A stretch of 20,000 nt of DNA from Elsinoe ampelina. Its lineage: Eukaryota. This document shows positions 10,881-19,768 of this stretch, piece by piece; positions within the stretch are counted from its first letter, which is position 1, and every line of letters begins with the position of its first letter. The notes under the pieces were generated by a model, which had not been told where the DNA came from, ran no database searches, and was given only the letters and a program-made list of their open reading frames with translations. The DNA is taken from positions 458,948-478,947 of the forward strand of contig ML992509.1 of assembly GCA_010093995.1 (NCBI GenBank), written 5' to 3'. A program made the translations under genes and the position numbers.

Positions 10881-11133
10881 CCCGCCAGCCGCAGCGGTGA
10901 CCTACTCCTGCATTCGCGTAGGCTCCAGAGATGACCAACGACGACGACAGTCCACGCAGCCATGACTGCCTGTCCCTTTGCGCACAAGGATAAATACCCT
11001 CTCGACCACCACCTCAAGCCTCTCATCAAGAACAAAGAAAACCAAACATCTTATGCAAAGCCTACGCTCAACAACACCACGAGCCTACCGCATCGCGAGA
11101 ACAGCCGTTCCAATCCACACAACAACACGCGCA

Positions 11134-11748
11134 ATGTCTCTCTTCCCACGCTTCGCCTCCGGGGAATTCACTCCCCTCTTCCGCCTCCTCGACGACTACG
11201 CTAGCCACCAACTCACCCGCCCAACCATCCCGGGCAGCACCGCGTCCTCCACCCTGCGCTCCTTCCAACCACGCTTCGACGTGAAGGAGAGCAAAGAGGC
11301 GTACGAACTCGAGGGCGAACTCCCAGGCATCGACCAGAAGGACGTCTCGATCGAGTTCACCGACCCACAAACACTCCAAATCCGAGGTCGCACGGAGAAG
11401 TCGTACGAAGCTGGAACCAGGCCGGGTATTGAAGGCCAGGAACAGGGACGTATCACTGATGCGGAGAAGTACCACAAGCCGTCTGTAGAGGAGGACGACA
11501 CGACCATGTCGGGCGCCAATCCAGACGCGAAGCAGAGCACTGAGGTGTCGACTGAGACGAAGCAGCAGGAGGCGCCGACGCATCGCTACTGGGTCTCTGA
11601 GAGGTCGGTAGGGGAGTTCAGCCGATCGTTTAACTTCCCTACTAGGGTCGATCAGGAGAAGGTCAAGGCTAGTCTGAAGAATGGTGTCTTGTCCATCTTG
11701 GTGCCCAAGGCGGCGGCTCCGGTTGCGAGGAGGATCAATATTGAGTAG
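11134..11748 (+). CDS. Small heat shock protein (Hsp20/alpha-crystallin, fungal Hsp30-like), 204 aa; possible 27-aa N-terminal extension from ATG 11053
   Basis: MSLFPRF..EFTPLFRLLDDY, FQPRFDVKE, ELPGIDQKDVSIEF, YWVSERSVGEFSRSFNFP, ASLKNGVLSILVPK and a C-terminal IxI motif (RINIE). Confidence 0.93.
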   Translation: MSLFPRFASGEFTPLFRLLDDYASHQLTRPTIPGSTASSTLRSFQPRFDVKESKEAYELEGELPGIDQKDVSIEFTDPQTLQIRGRTEKSYEAGTRPGIEGQEQGRITDAEKYHKPSVEEDDTTMSGANPDAKQSTEVSTETKQQEAPTHRYWVSERSVGEFSRSFNFPTRVDQEKVKASLKNGVLSILVPKAAAPVARRINIE

Positions 11749-12017
11749 ACACCCTTCGAGGCCTACCTGAATTGTACTTTTAGCAACGGGGCAACGCACA
11801 TGATATTTGCATAGCATGGACGCACATGATAGATGTCTAGTATCATCCTTGAGAAATGTAAGATAGTTGCAGTAATAATTGAAAGCAAATCAAACCCTGC
11901 CTACCTTTCCTGATCGTAATGGTGCATATGCCCCGCAATAGAATTTTCTTGCGGAATGAGACTGGCCATATAGGTAGATAGTCGCTTTTGATTGGACGGA
12001 AGACGCTAGAATTTCCC

Positions 12018-13121
12018 TTACAACTCGGGATGTAATTCAGGAACACACAACCCCAACCTCCAAAAGTAATCCCTGTGCGCAAACAGCAGCTGCCACAACT
12101 TGTACCGTGACGGAAAGCCAAAGCCAGTCCTACTCTCATGCGCCATGGCTTTGACCGACTCGCTCAGACTGACACCCTTCTCGCCGTCGACTGGGTTCTC
12201 CAGCACCGATGCAAGACTATCGTCTTGGCCGGCGATGCATTCTTTGTCTGCACCGCCATCGCAATATCGTAGGTCTCCAACTTCAGGCGACAGGTTGGAT
12301 TTTGTGATGAAGATCTCTCCAGCGTGAGGGGTGTAGCCCCATTCACTCAGCGGGAGGAGAGGTACTGGGTCGTCGACGTGTGTGACTCGTCGGTATCTGC
12401 TTCCTGCATCTCCCTGTCGGGTGTCGTTCAGCTCGAAACGTCGTCCGAAATATGCGGCCAATTTATCGTTCCCGATCCTCGGCTCGCCGAAGGTGGTGAC
12501 AGTCGGTTTCCAGCCTCTGTTTTCAAGGTCGAGTCCGGCAAAAGCAGCCACTGCTCCACCGAGACTGTGTCCCACTAGCACTAGCTTATAGCCTGGATGC
12601 GATGCCCGAAGTGCGATGATGTGCGGCATGACAATATCCTTAGTGAGCTCCCATGCCCTCATGAAGCCCATGTGCGCAGTGCAGTCGTCGCATTTCTGGT
12701 CGGCCTTGTCGTCACTACCCGGGTATGGTACGTACTCTTGCTTGACCGTCGCGAGGTCCAGAACAGTGTTGGCTAGGCTGTATGTGCCTCTGAATGCGAC
12801 GATGATGCGCTTTTCGGCTGGCGCATGCGACAAAGCCAGGTAGCCACATGAGTCGCTGAGTAGAGGTCCAGTGTTCCACGTTGTGATGAGCTCGAAGGAG
12901 GGAAAGCCGGAGCAGCGCGACAGGCAAGTGAAGGGCTTGGAGATACCGGTGCCAGCAGTGCCAACGCAGTAAGAAATGTCGACGATACGTGAGAGCTCCT
13001 CGAGCTCGGCAAAGACGGTTGATGACACAGTCGTGTTGGTCGAGGAAGTGTCCACGAGTGGTATTTGTGATGCACTCGTCAAACAAGCAGACACAGCTGC
13101 GAAGGTAACAAAGAAGCGCAT
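12018..13121 (-). CDS. Secreted class-3 lipase / feruloyl-esterase-like alpha/beta hydrolase, intronless, 367 aa
   Basis: Signal peptide MRFFVTFAAVSACLTSA, IIVAFRGT, HMGF, nucleophile motif GHSLGG, TFGEPRIGN, RVTHVDDPVPLLP and catalytic His in AHRDYF. Confidence 0.92.
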   Translation of the reverse strand: MRFFVTFAAVSACLTSASQIPLVDTSSTNTTVSSTVFAELEELSRIVDISYCVGTAGTGISKPFTCLSRCSGFPSFELITTWNTGPLLSDSCGYLALSHAPAEKRIIVAFRGTYSLANTVLDLATVKQEYVPYPGSDDKADQKCDDCTAHMGFMRAWELTKDIVMPHIIALRASHPGYKLVLVGHSLGGAVAAFAGLDLENRGWKPTVTTFGEPRIGNDKLAAYFGRRFELNDTRQGDAGSRYRRVTHVDDPVPLLPLSEWGYTPHAGEIFITKSNLSPEVGDLRYCDGGADKECIAGQDDSLASVLENPVDGEKGVSLSESVKAMAHESRTGFGFPSRYKLWQLLFAHRDYFWRLGLCVPELHPEL

Positions 13122-14439
13122 GGCTCCTGTGTGTTGCGACTCTCACATAATCGCCTTTGTAGGAGTGAGTTGTTTCAAGGTATGATGCGCACGAGGTCTT
13201 TCGAGAAGATGGAGTTTGGATCGGACCCGACGCTAGCCGCATGCGTTCCCCCATGATCACAGGGCATGTTGGACCCTCCAGTGTCTGAGACGACAATTTC
13301 TATCCGTTCTACATCGGAGGCTCTAGGTTTTCATAGCATCAAGCTATACATCACAACTATTCAGGGGTTTCGCGAAATGCTCCGCGGTCAAAGGCTTGCG
13401 AGTATGTGCTCTTAACCGGGAAAATAGCTCGCCTTGATGCATAGTCAGTCATCCTCCAATTGACCTGTTTCTCCATCTCTACCGCGAGACAACGGGCTAT
13501 GACTGTGCGTCTTCGATCCGGATATTCTCATCCAAATTGTAAGAGACTACAGCCTCGCAGCAGAGATCTCGCTGCTCGATTTATGGCCACCTCCCTCTCC
13601 ACTTCCCTTGACCACCTTCATTCACGGTCATCACGTCGAAGACAATATATGAGTAATAGCTTCCAGACAGGGAGCAATCCTGGTATATCGGACTGCTTGA
13701 ACATCGCCACTGCTTGGCGCTCTAGTAAGGAACGGAGTCGTGGGTACTGCCAAGGCGATATGTAAGGTACAGGTACTTAAGTGCTGCTGCAGCTTTGATG
13801 CGGGAAGTGCTTGTCAATGCTTCTGCATGTGGCGACTCGCGATTTATACAGCTGTTGTCAGGGTTCAAGCCGTCAATCCAGAGTTGTCTTCGGGCTCTAT
13901 TCCAGATCTATGTTATCCATGGTCCATCTCGTACACACTGCGGCGCAGATGTGCGTTATTCGAGGAGAATACCTGATGATGTCCAGGACAAGCTTTCTCG
14001 GACTCGATACAGTAAAACAAAATTCTTGGCCCGTGCTTGCCGTCGTTCGGAAGTGCCGGAAACAACACTCCTCGAGAGTTTGGGCCAGATCTCTTTCACG
14101 TTTTCTTCGATCAGCCCAGCTGACGTATTTGCTTCGCCATAATGTATGGAACTGCGGGAGTATTGAGATCTCATGCTTTGCGTTGGCCCTGGTAGTACTC
14201 GTGTCGAACCCGCCGAACCCGCCGACCGTGACGCTGCCACATTGAAATGTAGGAATCCTTTCGCACCCACTGCCTACCTGATACAAGGTTGCACTTTCCT
14301 ACTGCGCAGCGAGCTTTCTCATATTTTAGATTCATGCCAGTCGCCTCTAGCTTGGGAGGTACACAATCACCATCGCTAAACAAGAATCAGCCACAGCTAT
14401 CCTTCCGATGCCCATTACTACCATCACCCCACAACACTA

Positions 14440-15384
14440 ATGGCGGACACGAATGCGAGCGATGCTCCCTCCACCAACTCACACGACCTTCAAGCTCTCG
14501 CACAACGTCCCGACGGAACCTTCCCCTCCACCTCCGACCTCCCCACCACCCTCCCCTCCCTCAACTACACCGTCCGCACCCGCCCCCGCCTCTGGTGGAT
14601 GGCCATCTTCTGGACCGTCACGCTAATCGACTCCTGCATCCTCCCCATCACCTTGTACTTCACCCTGCACAACCTCACCTCCCTGTCCCCCAACACCGTC
14701 TTCTCCATCGTCACAGGCGCCATAGGCGGTCTCTCTATCGTCGAGTACGCCATCCGCTCGTGGCGTCTCTGGAAACCCCACAGCACGTGTCGTCCGCTCG
14801 GCGACCCGTCGCGGTGGGCGTTTGATTTCTTCCACTGGATATACTCTTTCGCGTGGCTGATTTGCATGGTGGAGTTGATCGTGGGGAGCGTGCCGGATGA
14901 GCCGTACATGCGGCTTTTGGCGCTGGTGCCGGCGACGTTTCTGTATGTCTTTGGGATACAGTTCTTGCTGTTTGACTTCATGGCGAGGTTCGGGATTCGG
15001 TCGCCCGTCGCGATATCCAGCCAGCCGCGTGGCGAGGTCCCGCGGAATGCGGTTTTCACGTTGGTCGAGGATGTGGTGGCTGTAGATGGCGCTGCGGGGA
15101 CCGAGTACAGGGAGCGATTGGCGGCGCGGTACAAAGCGTCTGAGACGTTCAGGGCGATGATGCAGACTATGACGATGTTTTGGGGATGGGGTGCGCTGGG
15201 GACGGCGGTGTTGACGACTGTGTTGGCTTTTGCGTTGGAGAATAAAGAGGTGGCGTATACCCAGGGGTGGTCGGTACCATTTGTTTGGGCGATGCTATGG
15301 GCGGCGATCAGTTGGCGGTATGTCGAGAGGATGTTGAGAGTGGAGCGAGAGGTCTGGAGGGGCAGTAAGGATGTACCTGTTTGA
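14440..15384 (+). CDS. Uncharacterised multi-pass membrane protein (about 6 TM), 314 aa
   Basis: Long ORF with strong codon bias and several hydrophobic helices (WWMAIFWTVTLIDSCILPITLYF; WIYSFAWLICMVELIVG; MFWGWGALGTAVLTTVLAF; GWSVPFVWAMLWAAI). Soluble motif EDVVAVDG..G.EYRERL.ARY.AS..FR.M. Confidence 0.8.
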   Translation: MADTNASDAPSTNSHDLQALAQRPDGTFPSTSDLPTTLPSLNYTVRTRPRLWWMAIFWTVTLIDSCILPITLYFTLHNLTSLSPNTVFSIVTGAIGGLSIVEYAIRSWRLWKPHSTCRPLGDPSRWAFDFFHWIYSFAWLICMVELIVGSVPDEPYMRLLALVPATFLYVFGIQFLLFDFMARFGIRSPVAISSQPRGEVPRNAVFTLVEDVVAVDGAAGTEYRERLAARYKASETFRAMMQTMTMFWGWGALGTAVLTTVLAFALENKEVAYTQGWSVPFVWAMLWAAISWRYVERMLRVEREVWRGSKDVPV

Positions 15385-15742
15385 TGAGAGGACGAACGTG
15401 GCTTGGGGTGTGGTTGTGTGGTAGTGGGCGTTGCATAGCGGGTTTCGTGTAGATATTGATAGACAGACGAGAGCAATCTTCCGTTTCGAAACGCCGCACG
15501 TAATCTAAACCCAAACTCCGCGACATCTATATGATTTATCTGAGCTGTCTCACGCCTTGCCGCAGCTCCGTTGATCGTCTGGCGAGGCACAGGAAGAATG
15601 AGTAGTTTCCTTGTATCAAAGTGTCTTGAAGCATTTTTCATTCAGAGTACAAATGTGCGCTATGTACACTCACGGAAATGAATGTAATACAAGTCTTCCT
15701 TCCATCTACTGTTGTCGTGCTCCATCCTCAAATCAGCTACCC

Positions 15743-16669
15743 TCAAGAGAAGGCCATGCTCTTCTTGATCTCCGAAATAGCCAACGCCGGGTTGAGACCC
15801 TTGGGGCATGTCCTCGAGCAGTTGAGAATAGTATGGCAACGGTACAAGCTCATGCTGTTGTTGAGCTGGTCCTTGCGAGAGGCGGTCTTCTCATCACGAG
15901 CATCGGCAATCCAGCGGTAGGCCTGCATGAGCACGGCCGGACCAAGGTACTCCTCGCTGTTCCACCAATAGGATGGGCATGATGTGCTGCAGCAGGCGCA
16001 GAGAATGCACTCGTAGAGACCATCGAGCTTCTTGCGGTCGTCACGAGACATGCGGTATTCCTTTCCCTGAGATTTGTTAGAAACTCGTCATTATGATAAC
16101 AAGGGGCGAACTTGTGGACGTACGTCAGGCGCAGGCGTGTCACGCTGCAAATATGGCTTGATGGACCGGTATTGCTTGTAGAATTGTGTCAAATCTGGCA
16201 CCAGATCCTTCACGACGTAGGTGTGTGGTAGAGGATAGATGCGAGTCTCCTTTGCTGTGTCGGTCGGGATACGGCAGAGACACGCCAGTGTGTTGACACC
16301 GTCGATGTTCATGGCGCAGCTGCCACAGATCCCCTCTCTGCAGCTTCGTCGGAATGTAAGTGTAGGATCCACCTCGTTCTTGATTCTGATCAGGGCGTCC
16401 AACATCATAGGACCCGTCTTATTGAGGTCGAGAGTGTATGACTGCATCCGAGGCTTTGCTGTTGGCTCATCTGGGTTCCATCGGTAGATCTGGAATGTCT
16501 TGATCTTCGCATCGGCGTCTGCTGTCGGATCTTGAACAGTCTTTGTCTGTGATGGCGGGACGACTGAACGGCTTGGTGTGGGAAGCTCAGAAGCTGTGGC
16601 CATGGTCCTGCGGAACGCCAAAGGCGCCCGAGGCGCGAGTCTCGATGTCGCAAGTCGTAGTGAGGCCAT
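15743..16669 (-). CDS. SDH2: Succinate dehydrogenase iron-sulfur subunit (mitochondrial complex II); exons 16669-16124 and 16066-15743; 289 aa
   Basis: Mitochondrial presequence, [51 protein letters not shown]. Phase-0 intron 16123-16067 (GTACGT..CTAAC..CAG). Confidence 0.98.
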
Positions 16670-17010
16670 TGTGTGGAGGTGTGACTTGTGGTGTGCAGGT
16701 GGTGAAAGGAATAAGTCTATGATGTCGAGTGTCCGACGAAGAAGGAGCGGAACACAACCCTTACGAGATCAGAACGCGCTGGCTGCTGATTCGTCGATTT
16801 CTGATTAGAGTTCAAGATCTGGCCCAAAGTCCCTCGGCAATCGCATCGTGGCGAGCCAAGCCTATTCATGCGAGGCTCATCATCCGGCTCACCACCTGCA
16901 GTATTACCACAGCCTGACACCGAATCAAATTGATGTGGCTCAAGCCTCCGCGTTTCTTCTGCAACTTGCAACAAATTCGAAAGTGCCGCCACTATCGTTG
17001 CTATAACGGG

Positions 17011-17991
17011 ATGTCCCGGTCGAATAGGGTCGACCTCATCTGCGATTGGGATGGCACGCTGACGAAAAAGGATACCTTGCATCTTGTCGCTAAGGTTGCC
17101 TACGATAAGCGTGGAATGCCACTTGATGGCGACGAGGACTTGTACACTGCCCCCTTGATGCCATGGAGAGGTTTCGGAGAGGTGTATTTGGAAGCATACA
17201 ATCGTCATATCAAATCTTATCACCCGGCCGAGCATGATCGCACGAGCTTGACAGATGAAAGACACTGGCTTACAAGTCTGCGCGATGTCGAGCTGTCAGG
17301 AGTGAGGGCCGCTGAACAAGCCAAGCTCTTCCATGGCGTAAGGTCAGAAGATGTCGAGAAGACAGCTCTGCAAGCTCTAGAAAGCGGCGATTTAGAGCTT
17401 AGACCAGGATGGGAGAGCTTGTTCCAAAAGGCCGCAAGTGAGGATCGCAATCAAGATTGGCGTCTTCATATCCTCAGCGTCAATTGGGGTAAGTCGTTCA
17501 TCCAATCTGTGCTGAGAGCTGCGTGGACAAAACATGCGCTTGCCAAAGGTGTGAACCTACCGTTTGAGGCACTTGGCCTGGTGGTACGAGCCAACGACAT
17601 AGCAGGTCTGCGGCAGCCAGGTGGCAGCACCGGAAAGCTACAAGGGACCGACGGCATAGATATTCGTACGAGCGGAGAGAAGCTCGCCACTATGCCTGCT
17701 CGATGTCGATTCAACATCGATACGGCGCAAAGGCAGCCGCCAGGTCCTGAGGACAGCTTAGTGATCTATCTAGGAGATTCTGATACAGACCTTGAATGTC
17801 TGCATGCAGCGGACATCGGGATCTTTATGCAGGATGATCCGCTGAGTAGTGCTGCAAAGAAGTTGCAGTCCGCGGCGAGGAGACTTGGTATCAGCATGAG
17901 AAGCATCCAGGAAATCCGCTTGGATAAGCTTGAGTATCCATGTATATGGGTGGCGCATGACTTCCAAGATGTTCTGCATGTCTTCAGCTAG
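17011..17991 (+). CDS. HAD-superfamily hydrolase (Cto1 / TH2-type thiamine-phosphate-phosphatase-like); alternative start ATG 16933
   Basis: HAD motif I DWDGTLT, LRPGW, motif II HILSVNW, motif III Lys in TSGEK, motif IV YLGDSDTDLECL..ADIGI. Confidence 0.82.
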   Translation: MSRSNRVDLICDWDGTLTKKDTLHLVAKVAYDKRGMPLDGDEDLYTAPLMPWRGFGEVYLEAYNRHIKSYHPAEHDRTSLTDERHWLTSLRDVELSGVRAAEQAKLFHGVRSEDVEKTALQALESGDLELRPGWESLFQKAASEDRNQDWRLHILSVNWGKSFIQSVLRAAWTKHALAKGVNLPFEALGLVVRANDIAGLRQPGGSTGKLQGTDGIDIRTSGEKLATMPARCRFNIDTAQRQPPGPEDSLVIYLGDSDTDLECLHAADIGIFMQDDPLSSAAKKLQSAARRLGISMRSIQEIRLDKLEYPCIWVAHDFQDVLHVFS

Positions 17992-18138
17992 CGATGAACC
18001 CCAGATGTCAATAGTACCGATTGCAATTGGCTTGTACCAAAGTCATCATTACATTTCTCTCTCTACTTGAAGTAGAGCCGCGTGAGGTTGGTTATAAAAG
18101 ACCACGTGCACGATGTTGCAAATTTGCAAAGTTCGTCC

Positions 18139-18697
18139 TCATCCCTCAGAGTGTTTGTCCTTCAGCCCGTACAATTCTTCACGCAGCCACTCTATCGCAC
18201 TTTCCAAACGATAAAGCTTTACCGAGAGTGTCTCTTCTTTGCCCTCTCCGTCTTGATCCATACTCTTTCCCAGGCTGTCTTTCCTGTTATTCACAGGTGG
18301 AGGCTTGCGTATGGTTTTGTGGTGACTTTGCAAGTCATCATGCGCTTTCCGGACTTCTTGTTTGGCTTGCAGCATCTGTACATCGTTTTCATCGATACCA
18401 TCTCGTCGAAGAACGTAGACGTAGGCTCGGGAGTGGCGGGCGACGTTGATCAAGCGCGCAGCATCAGTGTTGTACTTGTGAAGTCAGCATATTTCCCTCT
18501 CGCCTGGCAGCTTGGGTGATAGAACGAACGAATTCACAGTCAACGTAGCAGGATCTGCAACTCCAGCATATGTCGTTCGCTCGATGTAATCTGTGGCAAC
18601 TGGGATCATTCCGGTGCTGCGAGACGCTGGATATGGCGTGTTCCTTTGCAAGGCTATGACAGTTGATACAGAGCTCGGGAGATTGTTCATGTTCCAT
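18139..18697 (-). CDS. Small orphan protein (167 aa) with a Cys-rich Zn-cluster-like N-terminus and helical/coiled-coil C-terminus; exons 18697-18530 and 18474-18139
   Basis: Two ORF-track fragments are joined in frame by a 55-nt phase-0 intron 18529-18475 (GTTCGT...GCTGAC...AAG), giving ...CWSCRSCYVDCEF/YNTDAARLINVAR... Confidence 0.6.
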
Positions 18698-19143
18698 TGT
18701 GGATGGCCGGGCTGCTAGCTTGACAGCCAAGGATGTTGAGGTGAGATCGTCTTGACGCTATAGCCCGGAGTCTTTGCCACGATGATGTCTGCGATGTTAA
18801 ATGCCTTGTTTGTCGTACTAGAAAGGGTTACATTGGTGCGCACTACCTAGAGTCTTGTTCAGCAGCTTCAACAGTGTGCAGAAACAAACGAGATGAGGTT
18901 ATAAGCGGCGTGGCTTGCAGAGGCGTATTTCACATGTGCTGACCTACCTGCACTCTCGAATCAAAGCAATCAATGACAAAATGGTCTGTTGTTTCAAGCC
19001 ATGAATGCTTAGTTGGGCAATTCAGCCAATAGAGCACTCTGCCACAGGACTCGTGCTGAAATCTATCCATGTAGGCACACTAGGCTATGCCTCACGATGC
19101 CCATTGCTCGTGATGCGCGATGAACAGTTCGAGGCATGCTAAT

Positions 19144-19508
19144 ATGTCGACTTCTCATGGACATCCAAGAGATCCCCAGCTGTCACGGCAGCGGAACAGC
19201 TCCGGATCGACACAGGCAGATCGGTTCGAGAGCGATCGATCTGAGCTGCTGCATCATGTCGCGCACCTCGAAGAGAACGTGCTATGTAGCACGAATTGAT
19301 CAGAAAAAATATGGGATCAGTCATTCTTGCGGACGGATATTGAGCCTTCGGACAGATACAAAGAGGAGGTGAAATTGAATGATTACTATCGGGACCACTT
19401 GCTCTTGAAGACGGGCATTCGGCTTTTCCAGAAGCCCGACCGAGGAATTTTCGAGACGATGTCAAGCCACTTTCGATTGCAGAGAGATGATGTGGTGGAG
19501 ACAAAAAC
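19144..19508 (+). pseudogene. Possible disrupted orphan gene, truncated by the copia LTR
   Basis: Frame from ATG 19144 (MSTSHGHPRD...) runs about 120 codons to the LTR edge with one in-frame TGA (19297-19299). Composition is protein-like, but no family is recognised. Confidence 0.35.
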
Positions 19509-19768
19509 TGTTGACTTGTGTGGGGGAGGAAAAAGGATTAATTACTGCCTGAACCACCAAAATAAGGTAGATTGTAACTATATAAATACTTAACCTAGTA
19601 TACTAAAAGATAGCTAAATCAAAAGAACTCCTTAATAGTAACAGATTAAGACAATAACTATCTAATTTAATTATAAATTAGTAGAGTAGTAGATAAGTGT
19701 TTAGTTCTACTAGGGGATAAACTAAATTAGAATCCTTCTTAGTACTCTAGCTTATACCTTAGTTAATA
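19509..19768 (-). repeat. Long terminal repeat (260 bp) with 8-bp inverted termini TGTTGACT...AGT(C>T)AA(C>T)A
   Basis: TGTTGACT at 19509-19516 and AGTTAATA at 19761-19768, which equals AGTCAACA with two CpA>TpA changes and lies directly next to the PPT. Confidence 0.75.

Noticed and set aside
11794..11831. 12-bp direct repeat ACGCACATGATA (11794 and 11820) in the Hsp20 3' region
   Set aside because: Two copies only; probably a small local duplication, with no array or element structure.
14205..14225. Tandem 9-mer CGAACCCGC x2
   Set aside because: Too short to be significant.
14565..15641. 358-aa antisense ORF over the membrane protein gene
   Set aside because: Antisense shadow of a strongly codon-biased gene, with no recognisable motifs.
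18116..18129. 14-bp perfect palindrome TTGCAAATTTGCAA between convergent genes
   Set aside because: One palindrome of this length in 20 kb is near chance expectation, and there is no supporting context.
19519..19530. Alternative LTR edge at TGTGGGGG
   Set aside because: 19509 gives an 8-bp inverted match to the PPT-adjacent terminus, so it is preferred.
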